A stretch of 64,000 nucleotides of DNA from Octopus vulgaris (GCA_951406725.2 OX597822.1:47244001-47308000), one strand, 5' to 3'; numbered from the stretch's first letter, positions 1 to 13,599 are shown. Notes: a model not told the origin generated them from the sequence alone. Translations and numbers: made by a program.

Positions 1-505
1 ACCTTCAAGGTGGTGCCCCGACATGGCCGCAGTCCAATGACTGAAGCATTTAAAAGATAAAAGACTACATAATATGATGTAGTCTGGGGTGCTCTGTCTG
101 AAAAATAGATGGAATGGTCACGGCTAGTGCTCGATCAGAGCCGACTTAGTATATATATCTCTATCCATGTATCTGTCTGTTTTTATACTTCGCTGATATG
201 CTTTTATTCCCAGCCGTGTAGTGTGTCATGTGTTCGTCTGTGTTATTTCCAGCTGGCAATGAAAGCGCCCCTCACCGCCCGCCTCGCTCGGCATCGGAAT
301 CGAGACGGGAGTATTTTTAGCTTTTAGGCGCGCCTTTTTACTTCGAGTAATTTATATGAATGACTTTCAGTAATGTAAGTGGCGGTGATGGCGTTGACGG
401 CGGCGGAGTTTAGCTTGATATATATATATATATATATATATATAATGTACATACACAGTATATACACACAGATATATACATATATGCACACGCATACAAT
501 AATAA

Positions 506-547
<42 letters not shown>

Positions 548-1153
548 ACTTATAAATAACTTATAAATTACATTATCCTACATTAGATATATGTATATAT
601 ATTATATATATATACATACACATGTATATGTACACACACATATACAATAATATATAAAGTAAATGTAAAGATAAGCGAGTTAGGCAGGTCAATGTACACA
701 TATATACACACACATATATAATACACATGTATATCTATATAGTTCGTCTTTTGATTTGCTTTTAGTGCCGTGTTTTTATATTTATATATTTAAAATTCAC
801 CTTTAAAATTCAGGTACGCGAACTATCATCCTATTTTACAAGTATTATAAACCGTAACTTGCCAACGTACTTAGACTCATATCCACTTCTGGTTCGCTAC
901 CGCCTCTCCATTAATGTACGTTAAAGGTGCAGTGCTGTAGGTTGGTTGGTTGGCTGGCTGGGGAAGTTTCCAAGGGAACTAGCGAATGCGCGAAACCAGT
1001 TCTCTGATTAAATGGTCTTGTTTCTGTAAGATATGGGTTCTTTAGTCGTATCAGCTGTCTCCCCGTTGCTTTTAAGGCAATTAGTGCCTATGAGTCGTTA
1101 CTGAAATCACTTTCATGATCAAAAGGTGACTCTGTTCGTGCGATTTTTTTTTT

Positions 1154-1185
<32 letters not shown>

Positions 1186-1237
1186 CATGCATGCATACAT
1201 ATTACTTGATACAAACAGGAAAATAGAACTAAAAAAC

Positions 1238-1474
1238 ACTCTTTTATTTTACTTGTTTCAATCATTTGACTATGTCCATGTTGGAGCACCGCTTTTAGAC
1301 GAACAAATTGACCCCAGGACTTGTTCTTTGTAAGCCCAGTAGTTTTCCTATCGGTGCCTTTTGCTGAACCGCTAAGTTATTGGGACGTAAACACACCAGC
1401 ATCGGTTGTCAAGCGATGTTGAGGAGGACAAACACAGATACAAACATATGCATACATACATGCATATATATACT

Positions 1475-1509
<35 letters not shown>

Positions 1510-1660
1510 CGACGGGCTTCTTTTCAGTCTCCGTCTACCAAATTCGCTCAATGTTTTGGTCGACATAAGGCTATAGTAGAAGACACTTGGCCAAGGTGCC
1601 ATGCAGTGGGACGGAATCCGGAACCATGTGGTTGGTAAGCAGGCTACTTACCACAGCCAC
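1238..1660 (-). mobile_element. tRNA-headed SINE, family A (internal microsatellite)
   Basis: On the minus strand: head GTGGCTGTGGTAAGTAGC...GGTTCCGGATTCCGTCCC, internal (TA)/(TG)n, and tail GGCGGTGCTCCAACATGG...GAAACAAGTAAAA. More than 20 related copies occur in the window. Confidence 0.85.
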
Positions 1661-1717
1661 AAATCCCTCCGAGGTTTAGATCCTCACCTGTACTTTGATC
1701 CATCCATCCATCTATCC

Positions 1718-1772
<55 letters not shown>

Positions 1773-2461
1773 GTTGTTATTATTGTTAATCGGCAGGCGC
1801 TACAAAGTGATTCGAGGGCCGAGAGTTTCGTGCATTTATAAGTGCCTTCGAACGAAACATTCTGGCCTCCAGTGACTCTGTAACGTCTGTCTGATAATAA
1901 ACCTATTTTAAGCACAAAACATGAAATGTGTGAGAGGGGGCCAGTCGATTACATTGACTAGACCAGTACTTTTTTTATCGCCCCCGAAACAATAGAAGTC
2001 AAAGTCGATCTCGGCGGAGTTTGGACTCATCAGAGCATGAAACCATAAGAAATGGTGGGTGGTACTGTGATACCTGTTGGAGCAAAGCTTATTCTTCTCA
2101 CACTGAGAACCTGGCCTAAATGTTTGCCATAGAAAATGTACCCCTCTCCGCTTAAGACGCACAAAAAAAGGCCTGATGAAGTTTTAAAACCTAGCTTTAA
2201 GTCCACACACACACACATCTAATCCAAATACAGTTGTGCACAGTATACTCTGTGTGTGTGTTTGTGCGTGTGTATGTGTGTGTGTGTGTGATAAATGGTA
2301 TATATTTTTAAATTACTGAAGCTAAAAATAATAACGGACTCGCTGGCAGGAACCGAAAACAGCTTGTTTACTGAGCAGACGTTTTATTTCCCTTACGTCA
2401 CACGCAACGTACATGTGCTGGAACGTACGTACGGTTTGTGTACGTTTATATATATATATCC

Positions 2462-2785
2462 TATCTTTCTTGTTTCGGTCATTAGACTGTGGCCATGCTG
2501 GAGCACCGCCTTGAGGAATTTTCAGTGGAATGAGTCGACGCCAGTACTTACTATTCTTTTAAGGTGTCTTGCCGAGTCTCTAAGTTACGGGGACATAAAC
2601 ACACCACTATCAGTTGTCAAGCGGTTGTGGCAGACACACAGGCTTCTTTCGGTTACCGTCTACCAAATCCACTCTCAAGGTTTTTGTCGGCTTGAAGCTA
2701 TATAGTATAAGACAGCCTAGATGCCACACAGTGGGACTGAACATAGAACCATATGGCTCTTACCACGTAACCACGCCTGCGACTA
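2462..2785 (-). mobile_element. SINE family A copy
   Basis: Collinear with 1238-1660 (gactgtggccatgctggagcaccgcc ... taagttacggggacataaac ... ctaccaaatccactc). Confidence 0.8.
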
Positions 2786-3029
2786 CACACACACACTTAG
2801 AGGCATACCTCGATATATTATAGGATCCATTCTATCGACTTAAGAGTAGAATGGATCTCACTTAATGACTGCAATGTGGTTTTAACTCGTGAAGGATGAT
2901 AGGCAAAATAAGATCTACGCTGGATTTGAACTTGGGAAGTTACCTCAATACTGTAAATTATTTTCACTGTCGCTGTAACCCTTCCCATTTATTCGTAAAC
3001 CCCTTTATAATGCTAATAATTTCCAACAT

Positions 3030-3388
3030 GTAAGTCGGCGAGCTGGCAGAGACGTTAGCACGCCGGGCGAAATGCCGTTACGTTCTGGGTTCAAATTCCG
3101 CCGAGGTCGACTTTGCCTTTCATCCTTTCGAGGTCGATAAATTAAGTACCAGTTAGGCACTGGAGTCGATCTAATTGACTTAATCCGTTTGTCTGTCCTT
3201 GTTTGTCCTCTCCGTGTTTAGCCCCTTGTGGGTAGTAAAGAAATAGGTATTTCGTTCGTGTTGATGTTCTGAGCTCAAATTCGGCCGAGGCCAATTTTGC
3301 CTTTCATCCTCTCTAGTGCTCAACTAGAGTTGATTTAATCGACGAACCTCCTCTCCCCAAAAACTGCTGGTCTTGTGTCAAAATTTGA
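3030..3388 (+). mobile_element. Dimeric tRNA-derived SINE, family B, with 15-bp TSD
   Basis: Head GGCGAGCTGGCAGAGACGTTAGCACGCCGGGCG, B-box-like GGTTCAAATTCC, and core GCCTTTCATCCT present twice. Flanked by the perfect direct repeat AATAATTTCCAACAT (3015-3029 and 3389-3403). Confidence 0.88.
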
Positions 3389-3404
3389 AATAATTTCCAA
3401 CATA

Positions 3405-4195
3405 AGCACAAGACGATAATTTGAGGGAAGAGATTGGATTTAATCGATCCCAGGGCTTGATCGATAGTTTATGTTGTCGATCACAGAAGGCTGAAAAGGT
3501 AAAGATGCTTTTAGTGAGATTTGAGCTTAAAATATTAAAATCTGGCTCAAATAATACTAGAAATTGTGATCGGACACCCTACCGTTTCTGCTAATCCACT
3601 ACTCCTTTGGTTAGTCCACATTAATCTGTAAGGAGCATAGGACCGGTTTTCAGGTTTCTCTGGCGTATATATTCATCCCTGGAGGGGATGCCAGTCTGTC
3701 ACAAGGATTACTCATTTTTGCTAGCTGAGTGGACTGGAACAAGGTTAAACGAAGTGTCTTGCCCAAGAAGACAACACATCATCCAGCCCAGGACTCGAAA
3801 CCAAGATCTTACGATCATGAGTCCAACACATAATCTACTACGCAATGCGCCACTCCTATGCTAATAATTCTAATTTTGGCACAAGGCCAGCAGTTTTAAG
3901 GGTTAGAAAAGTGGATTTCATTGATACCATTGCTCAACTGGTATTTGTTTATCGACCTCGAAAAGATGGAAACGGAAGTCGATTTGGGTGGCATTTGAAC
4001 TCGGAACGTAAGAGATCCAAATGAAATGCTGCTAAACATTTTGTCCAGCTCCCCGTCTTTATTGACATCAATAATAATGGTTTCAAAGTTTTAACAAATG
4101 TCCTATAATTTTAGAGGAGGGAGCTCAGCTTCTTTTATAGATCCCTCAGGGATGAAAAACGAAGATGATGTCAACGGGATTTGGACTCGTCTTCT
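3405..4195 (-). mobile_element. Cluster of old family B SINE copies plus a family E SINE (~3640-3855)
   Basis: Repeated gcacaaggccagca...tcgac...gatttgaactc motifs. The segment gagtggactggaacaa...gtgtcttgcccaagaa...ggactcgaaacc is the reverse complement of the family E head. Confidence 0.7.
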
Positions 4196-4412
4196 CACGT
4201 TATTACAAACGTAATGCGTTCATGAATATTTTGAGCTCTTTTCAGCTTGGTTGTCATGTTTTTTGTCAGGTTCTGTATTTCTTCGCCTTGGGTGCCATCT
4301 ACTGTCGGCCGATGAAACCCTGTTTAAGTGGATTTGGTAGACAGAAGCTACCAAAGTGGATTGGATGTAATGTTAAATGAATGAATGAATATATATATAT
4401 TGCATTTTCTTC

Positions 4413-4502
4413 TTCGCGTTGCTTACGTATTAACCCTATATATATATATATATTAACCCTATATATATATATATTAACCCTATATATATATATATATAAC
4501 CC

Positions 4503-4533
<31 letters not shown>

Positions 4534-4603
4534 CAGGACGTCACCAACGGTGCAAATAACATGAAATACGTAAACAAACGGGTTAATACGTAAGCAACGC
4601 GAA
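4413..4603. repeat. 24-bp perfect inverted repeat enclosing a TAACCC(TA)n tandem array
   Basis: TTCGCGTTGCTTACGTATTAACCC (4413-4436) is the reverse complement of GGGTTAATACGTAAGCAACGCGAA (4580-4603). Confidence 0.9.
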
Positions 4604-4704
4604 AAAAAAAAATGAAAAACAGGACAAGTAAACACAGAGAAAGGACCCGTCATCAGTTGTCGGCTGTCTACTCCTCATTTCGAGCATTCATTTAAATTTG
4701 TGAT

Positions 4705-5070
4705 CATAAACTGTGGGGTAAAGAAGTTCATTTTACAACCACGTTGTTTCGGGTTCAGTCTTACTGTGCGGCACTGACCAATGCCTTGTGACTGAATTTG
4801 GTTGGCAGAAACTGCATGGAGCCTCGGTGTGTGTGAGACCATGTGTTCGACATCCGGTGTCAGTTTGTTTACATGCCTGTAAGACAGCGATTCGGCAAAA
4901 GAGATCAATAGAGGTACGATACTTTAAAAAGGGGGAGAGGGAAACTAGAGGGAAAAAAAGGACCAAAAAGTAATCTCCTGGGGTTTATTTGTTTTCGGCT
5001 AGTCTTATGAAGACCACGCCCCGGCCTAGCCTTTTAATTGTATCAGTCCAATAACAAATACAAAAGTAAA
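4705..5070 (+). mobile_element. SINE family A copy (diverged)
   Basis: gggttcagtc...gccttgtgactgaatttggttggcagaaactg...gattcggcaaaagagatcaatag. Confidence 0.7.
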
Positions 5071-5139
5071 AGGTGAAATATGTTTAAACTTTCTCAGCTT
5101 CAGTATGGCCAGTCGTTTCATGTGTGGAGGAGCTATTAA

Positions 5140-5430
5140 ACCGGCACGTTGTCGGTTACGATGATGAAGGTTCTAGTTGATCTGATCAACGGGTCGGCCT
5201 CCTCGTGAAATCAACGTGCAAGTGACCAAGCATTTCACAGATAACGCGTACCCATAACGAATAATTCAACGTGACAAAACCGGTCCTTTGAAATACAGGT
5301 GCCAGATTAGTAGACTAGAGATACGTGAAATAAAGTGTCTTGGTCGGGGACCCAATGTGCCGCCGAGTATCGAAACTCCGGACCTTACGATCGGGAACCG
5401 AAGACCCTAACCGCTACGCCACACGCCTTC
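5140..5430 (-). mobile_element. SINE with a family C 3' body and a tRNA-like head
   Basis: gtcggttacgatgatgaaggttctagttgatctgatcaacgg...tttgaaatacaggt is the reverse complement of the tail at ~57930-58097. Confidence 0.7.
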
Positions 5431-6154
5431 TTAATCTTCCCGATCGCTTGCCTTTTGTCAGAAGCTTAAATAATGGAGTCTCACTTCCGCACCCCCCCCA
5501 TCTCCATGAAAAATATGTACTTCAAACCTCAAAATTGCTCACGAACCCGTTCAGTTTTGTGTATGTGGTTGACAGTGAACATTATTATTGTCTCTCTCCT
5601 CCATGCTTTTGGACACTTGTTGCTTTATTTTGGAAAGGCCAAAAAAAAAAAAATAAATAAAATAAAAACCGAAAGCTACAAAAGCTAGCTCTTTCCATTA
5701 GGGTTAAAAATCACTAGAATTGCTAAATTAGCGATGGTTGTTGATCGAATTGGTTTGAATTATTATCAAAGAAATTGTGTCTAAATTCACCATTTGGCGG
5801 CAAATTGTTGTCTTTCCAGCTTTACTTTTTCTTCTTCTCTTCTTCCTCTCTGCCATTCGCGTGTTATTCGTGTCGCCTTCCTCCGTAGTTTCATCGTTAA
5901 TGTTTTATACTAAATTTAACTGTGGCGCAATTTTTTTAATGCAGTGAGCTTAAATTCTTTGGGTTTTCCCCACAGTTAGCTTTGGTATGAGAAACCGAAC
6001 ACTGCTTAAGTATCGGCAATTCACACTTTAAGTATTTGAATTCTATTTCACCTGTTCACAAAATTCTCCCCACTTCTTCTGTCTGTCTATCTGAATGCTT
6101 CTCTCTGTCTCTCTCCTTTCTCTCTCTATATGTGTATGTGTGTATAATAATATA

Positions 6155-6345
6155 TCATTAGCGCGTCGGATAAAATGCTTAACTGCATTTCTGGCTGTTT
6201 ACGTTCGGAGTACAAATCCCGCCGATGCCAACTTCGCCTTTCAGCTTTTCGGGGGTCACTAAAATAAAGTACCAGTCAAACACTACTAGGGTCGATATAA
6301 TCGACTAGCTCCTTCCCGCTGACTTTGTACCAAAATTTGAAACAT
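6155..6345 (+). mobile_element. SINE family B copy
   Basis: aaaatgcttaactgc...caacttcgcctttcagcttttcggggg...aagtaccagtcaa...gggtcgatataatcgact. Confidence 0.75.
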
Positions 6346-6569
6346 GATATACATATATACATATACATAATACACACACTTGCACTATATTACTTTTTAC
6401 GCATATATACATTTCTCTTAACCGTATATATTCCTTTAACCCCTCTGCTTTTTCGTCTGTGCGCGTGCGAGTGCTTATCTATCTGTCCTATCTATATATC
6501 TATCTATCTACATACACACCATCTGTTGTCTGCCTGTCTCAGTTTATTACTTCTAACAGATTTTCATCA

Positions 6570-6606
<37 letters not shown>

Positions 6607-7984
6607 ATGTAGGCTTCATCTGCCGTCTGTTCTGGGTCTCCTCACTCCCTCCCTATTTACCAAATGTTCTCTGTCTCTCCAGCGCTTTCCTACCACCCCT
6701 TCATTTTATGTATATGTATAGCATTTCTTATTCTTAATCTCTCTCTCTCTCTCTTCTCTTTTAACCCACCCTTCCCCCATTTTATCTGCTCTGAAGTCAA
6801 TCGATGGTTCTAGACTAAAGTCTATTCACGATTTCCGCTATTTCGGCATATAACGTGTTTGTTTGAGGATGTGCTAGCGTGCATTATAATAATGTTTGCT
6901 GAGACGAGTAACTGTGTAAAGTAGCTTGTGCGCATGCATGTACCTACGTGCAGTTGGTTTCCATGCATGTGTAATGTATGTGGGGGATGGTTGTACATGC
7001 ATGTATATGTGATGATGATGATGATGATGATGGGGTGTCCATGCATATATATGTGTGGTTGAAATAATGGCTAACTAGTTCTAGATATACACTGTCTGTT
7101 TACTCAATGTGGGCGTTATATTATGCATTACTGGGGCTACGTTTAATTATTGCGTGTGACGTATATACGTGCGTTTAATCCGGTGTAGTTAAGGACGTGT
7201 GTGTATCGTTAAAGGCATGAAATTGTTGATTTTTGGACGATTACTGACGAGGAAAGAGCATGTTTTGTGTGTTTTTACGCGTGTTTCTTTAGTGTCTTGT
7301 GTAGTTTTTGAATATGTATATTATATATATATATATATGCACATTTCTATTCACACACGCTTTAGCTTTGCTTCAATAATTGCTCAACTGCATTGCTGTG
7401 TGCGTATGTTGTGCATTTTTATGTAATGTATGTTGTGTACGTTTTATATATATGTTTGTGTGTAGGCATATGTGTGTATTCCATCGGTGTGATGTAATGC
7501 TACAAGAACTGGTTAAAAGTAGCTTCACCCAAACAAACCACGACTACGTCACCTTCTCGCCAACGCCACCACCGTCGTCGTCGCCGCCATCATCATCACC
7601 TGTTGTAGCAGTAGCATCTCTGTGCGCTCTTGTTGATGACGGTGGTGCTGGTTATTATTGTCTCATAAATAGCGGTTGTCTTTTTTTGTTTTTTTTCTTG
7701 TTTTTTTCTTTTTATCGCTGCCGTCATACATCAATCATAGTATCATCAAGAGAGGATGGAAAGTGGGAAGTTGTGATGTACAGCTATTCCTGGACACGAT
7801 CATCGTTGGCGACGTCAGAAGCAGTAACAGCTGGGATTTGAAAGCGGGTCACCGAGACCTCCATGTCGCAGTACGACGATTTCTCTGTGCGCGCGCGCGC
7901 GTCTCTGTGTATGTGTACATATGTAGATGTGTGTATGTGTATATATATGTATATGTATATATATATATAGTGTACGTATTTGAT

Positions 7985-8300
7985 TAAAAATTTTTGCTTC
8001 GCAATCACATAGTTTCGGGTTCAGTCCTACTGTGCGGACACCTTAGGCGATAATTGCTCTGTGAATGAATTTGGTGGACGGAAATTGTGCAGAAGCACAT
8101 CAAGCGCGCGCGCGCGCGTTTGTGTGTGTGTGTGTGTGTGTGTGTTGGTTTGTTTACATCGCTGTAACAAGTTGTTTCGCCAAAAACGGTAGAGTAAGCA
8201 GCAGATATAGAATAAGTTACAAAAGTTCGATCTGAACGACTAAACCGTTTCAAACCAAATGCCCCAGCATAACCGTCGTTCAGTGAGTGAAACAAGTATG
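7985..8300 (+). mobile_element. SINE family A copy
   Basis: tttcgggttcagtcctactgtgcgg...gaatttggtggacggaaattg, internal (TG)n, tail ccccagcat...gaaacaagta. Confidence 0.75.
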
Positions 8301-8392
8301 TGAATAGATATACGCGCACATGCATATTCTTTTTTACGTGTTTCAGCCCAAAGGCTGTGGCCATGCTGGGGCGCAGTATATATACATATACT

Positions 8393-8431
<39 letters not shown>

Positions 8432-8519
8432 TACGAGGTCGCTCGACTTGCTAGACATAGCAGCGATGTTTTCCTCAAATCACACTCTACCTTCCTTCTT
8501 AAAACAAATATAGACGTGA

Positions 8520-9130
8520 AATTGGCAGCATCATTAATTAGAGTGAAGAACAAAATACCTTGCGTTATTTATTCTAACTCTCCTGTCGAAGTTCAACTTT
8601 GCCCTTCATCCTTTCGGGGTTGGCAAAATAAAGTACTAACCGAATTAACTGGGCTGAATGCTATTGACTAACCCGTTCTTCTCAAAATTGTAAGTTTTGT
8701 GCCTAAATGAAAAATCATTATTAGTAACGGTTTCAAATCCCGCCGATGCCACTGTTGTTTTTCCTTCTTTCTGGGTGGGCGGTTTTTGTCTCGACCCATG
8801 GCGTCATGAATTTCTGGGCGATTGGATTGATCCTGCCTACTTTTATCCCCCATCACTGACTTTTGGATGCCTCTTAATATCACTTCTCGAGTTCGATATT
8901 AAGTCTGGCCTAGAGACTCCCAGCTGACAGAATGGTTGGCACGCCTGGTTAAATGCTTAGCGGCATTTTGTCCATCTAAAAACATTTTCGGTTCAAATTC
9001 AGCTTAGGTCGAATTTGCCTTTCATTCTTTCGGGGTCGATCAAAGAAAGTACTATTTGCACCTTAGGGTCGACGTGATCGACTAAATCCCCTCCTGAAAT
9101 GTCAGGATTTCTTGCTATAGTAGAAAGGCT
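8520..9130 (+). mobile_element. Tandem cluster of family B SINE copies
   Basis: Core ttgcc(c/t)ttcat(c/t)ctttcgggg at ~8600 and ~9015, with a decayed copy at ~8730-8830. Confidence 0.7.
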
Positions 9131-9327
9131 ATTAGTTTGGCCTTTATGCTTTGACCTGTCTAGACATGAGAGACCCGACCTGGAACTAGTGCTTCGCTGA
9201 TGTAGCTCTCAGGGTCATTGAGACACACAAGCTGCCTGCCACACCGCAACAAATACTTGACCTTGTACTGGATAATGTTGTCCCAGAGGCACTTAAAATG
9301 ATGGGATGGTCTGCTCTGGGGCGAGAT

Positions 9328-9700
9328 ATCTTTTATCTTTTACTTCATTAGACTGTGTCCATGTCTTGAAGAATATCAGTCGAACGAATCGTCTTAAGTA
9401 CTTATTCCCTTTTGTAAAGCTTAAGGGTTAGGGTTACTCTAAAGGTCTCTTTTGTCGAACCTCCAAGTTACGTGGACATAAACACCAACACCGGTTGTCA
9501 AGTGGTGGTGGGAGCAAATACGCACCCATACACACGATGGGTTTCTTTCAGTTTCCGTCTACCAAATCCACTGTCAAGGCTCTGGTCGCCTCGAGGATAT
9601 ATAGTAGAAGGACTTGCCCAAGGTGCTACACCGTGGTGCTGAACCCTGTGCCATGTGTTTGGGAAGCAAAGTTCTTACCACGGTCACGCGTGCGCCTATA
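9328..9700 (-). mobile_element. SINE family A copy
   Basis: caacaccggttgtcaagtggtggtggg...gtttccgtctaccaaatccact...ttgcccaaggtgctacac. Confidence 0.8.
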
Positions 9701-10951
9701 GTAAGTAGCGTCGTTAATGTGTGAACTCCATAGTTTTAGTTTGGTTGGAACCCTTTATCATAGAATCAGAAGTTCGAGTTATCTTTACTTCAGGTGGCTA
9801 TCTTTGTCTTGGGACACCTTATTATGAAAGTGAGGAAAACCTACGCATCTGGATTTACGGAGTGGATGAACATGGGGCATTTTTTGCGCTTGAGTGTAAG
9901 CGACAGGAAAGCTGTCTGTTTTGAAGGTGAGTGAAGAGGTTATTCGTTTGAATGTGAGCGTTGGTGACAGGTGGAATAGCCGTTCCATCCAAATATGAGT
10001 GGTGGTGGTAGTTAGGTACTGGAATGACTGTCCGTCTGAGTGAAAGCAGTGAGGTTGGCTGTCTGGGACGCAAGTAGCTGTGGTGAATAGTGGAAAGGTA
10101 GTCAAGTTTGAAACGTAGTGGTGTGCATGTGTGTGTGTGTATATGTGTGTCATAGTCTGTCTCTTAAGCAAACCAGCTGGTTGACTGACATGTAAACTAG
10201 CTTAGCCTTCCTTCAATAGCAGCTGCGCGTGAGCGTCACAGTACTGCTTGGTCTGGTTGGAACACACGCACACACACACACACACACACACTCACTCTCT
10301 CTCTCTCTCTCTCTCTCAAAAGTAGTATAATATGCGTCCTTTGTGCTTGCCTTTCCCATCAGCAGGTGGTATATGTATAAGTCCGGCTGAGGCGGTGTTT
10401 TATTTTAACGAAGAGGAATCAACATACGATATATATATACCTCACACAACATCATGTACACACCCTCACATTCAAAACGCGCGCGCACACATACCTGTAG
10501 ACTCTTGTATCAGTTAAGAGTAGTTTCACACGAATTCAGAAGTTCTACGAAGTTCTTTGTATATGAAATACGCGCGCACACACCCGTGTGTGTGTGTGTG
10601 TGTGTGTGTGTAGTAACAACGATGCTTTCTCTCTCTCTCTCTCTCTGTCTCCTCCCCCCCCGACGCTTGTCTCTCTTTATTTGTTTATCTAATTATTTAT
10701 CTTAACTCTTCTTAGCACATATCTACCGATTGTCTTCGTTTAGCTTCCTATCTCCCCGGCTGTGTTTAAACTACAAATCTGTCTCTCTTAACTTTGTCTA
10801 TCAGTTTATTTAACAAGTCTGTTTTATCTATCCTTTTTCTCTCTCCTCCTCGCTCTGTTCTTGACAAGTCTTGTTTCTTTTACCAATTCCTAGGTCACAG
10901 AGGGTGTGGAAGCGGATCAGTGGTGTGCAAATGTATATATATGTGTGTGTA

Positions 10952-10986
<35 letters not shown>

Positions 10987-11347
10987 TATATACACACTGG
11001 CGCTGTTCTTCGATGGGATAAGGGAGTCAGATAGGAACACTGATCAATTGTTCTAACAATGTCGAGTGTACCTGAAGTAGCTTTATAAAGGCACTATTCT
11101 CTTTCCTTGTATCGTCGTGTATGTGTGCGTGTGTGTGTGGTCTGCGCTATATTTGAAAAGCAAGTTAACAGCTTCGCAGGGGAAACATTTTTTTTTTCCT
11201 ACCAATATGCCTGTCCTTATTCCCTTCTCTAATCACTTGGCTTCTTCTCTGTCTCATGTGCTCCATTACACTGCCACCCCGCTCGGGCTTTTTTTTTATA
11301 TGAAGGCGGATGTTAACTGATGAAGTATATATCTATGTTTGTGCGTG

Positions 11348-11418
<71 letters not shown>

Positions 11419-12421
11419 CGTGTATGTATGTATGTAATATTACCACCGTACCTACGCTCTCTTAAAGGGGGACATAAAATTTCCCGCCCAACGAATAAAT
11501 CCGACAAGTGTTTTCTAAACGGATAAGTTGCTCGCCATAATGTATACCGGTCTCTCTCCGTCTCTTTTTAAATCTCTCTTTCTCTCTCTCTATCTGTCCG
11601 TCTGTATATAATGTGTGTGTATAAAATAGACGCTTAATGGTCGATATTCGATATCATTTATACTCTCACTTTCTCTCTCTCTACACACACATCCACATGT
11701 CGGTATATAGTAATGTTGTTTGTAATTTTACTTCAAACTGAAGCATTACTCAATACTTTCTGTAGACTTATATATAATATTCACTAACAATAATGTCGAA
11801 AGTGACTTCGAATTTTGGGCCTGTTCTAGCCTTCATCGGACTGTCAACACAAACAAGCGCGCGCGAACAATGTATACATACACATGCCACACGCTGATCA
11901 CTTCTAAGTCTTATCAGTTAAGTAAGAATATACTTCACAAGAATATACTTCACTCTTCTGGTAGACCTCTACATAATTCTTGGCTTACACCAGTTGGCTT
12001 ATGACTCCCATATGTTTTGTCTTATATTTTCCAGATATTTCAAATGGCTGGTCTTTTGGGACTTTTCGTCCTTAATTTTTAGATTTTAAACACTTTTTGA
12101 GGGAGTTTCTTTTTTGTCCAGAAGGAGCATGAATAAACGCAATTAAATGATGTTTTTTAAACCACTGTTGAACAGACATATACGGGACCCTTACATGCGC
12201 ACTCGCGCGCACACATACCCGATGGGCTTTTTCGTCTACCACATTCATTCCAAAGGCATTGGTTGGTCAGTGTGTGGGGTTATAGTAGAAGGGTGCCACA
12301 CAGTGGGATTGATCCCAGATATTCTTAAAAGGGACATGCGATAGAAGGGAGGGACTGGTACACTTTTATTTATAAGATCTTCTGGATCAGCCTGACCTAG
12401 GATGAGGAACACAGATAGATA

Positions 12422-12471
<50 letters not shown>

Positions 12472-13599
12472 CCTCGAGGTCTGCAGTTATATTTCTATGG
12501 AAGGATTGGGAGAAGGTGCTGGAAGGAAGATGCAGACTGGATGGATACGGTGGGAGGGAGGTCGATGTAACGTCCTTGTTCGGAGGGACGGATACTTTTG
12601 TTGTTGTTTATAGCCCAGGGTCAGTCCTGGTTGAACAAAAACTATTATCAAAGCTCTTCCCGTTATGACCAACATATATCCTTTTCAGGCATTGTGCACC
12701 CTGGATTACATTGTCGAATGTGTCGCGTTATGTAAGACGGCAAGGTGTAATTGAGATGAGATCACGTCTATTGTCTGCTGCTAGCTAGTAAGGTCGAATG
12801 ACCAATAGAATCTCCCTCACTGATTGCGCAAGAGGGCGTGGTTGTAGCGGTTGATGACATCTAACGTGATTTTAACTGATTATATAAAGGGTTGTGATTA
12901 AGTACAATAAGGCATTGCAGACTGACACACACCTGTTTCTGTCACTCCACCACTATAATCAATAATAACAATACTTTCTTTTATTGGTCACAAGGCTCAA
13001 TAATTGAGGACTTCATTAAAAAAAATAATAAAACGAAATGCAACACAAGGCTGTAGCAAAAGATATATAAAAAAAGAATTCTGAGAAATAAATAAATGTT
13101 TCTAACTTAAGCACAAGGCCTGCAATTTTGAGGAGATGGCGTTAGTCGATATCATTGCCTCTAGTATTCGAGGCATGAAATGTTCGTTGCCCAGTCAGTT
13201 GGGAGTTTTACAATTGCAAGGTCGTCGTTTCATTTCCCGGACCGAGCGGTGCGCTGTATTCTTGAGTAACCCTGTGACAGACTAGCCTCCCGTTCATGGT
13301 GAGTGTTGTAATCTCGATCATTTTATACGCCATAGAACACGGGTAACTGCCAGCCCTACATGTCCTAGGATTTGAGACAGTAGATGATTATTATGGCGGC
13401 GGCAGTGGTGGTGTTGTTGATGACAATGATGATGATGGAAGGAAGAAAAGCAAAGTTGACTTCGGCAGGATTTGAACTTAGAATCTAAAGAACCGTAAAT
13501 AGCGCAAGGCATTATGTCCTACATTCTATTTTGACACAGCGGTAACGAATAGAGAGACATTACAGGGAGAGGTTACAGAATGTGTGTATGTGTGTGTGG

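Noticed and set aside
9421-9436. Interstitial telomeric repeats (also ~62968 and ~63915)
   Set aside because: Only one or two TTAGGG units each, which is not a real array.
11795-11850. Possible Penelope-type minimal hammerhead ribozyme on the minus strand (ccgatgaaggc...ggcccaaaa)
   Set aside because: Both core boxes deviate from CUGANGA and GAAA. A similar motif at ~4645-4690 has the boxes in an order and spacing that I could not fold.
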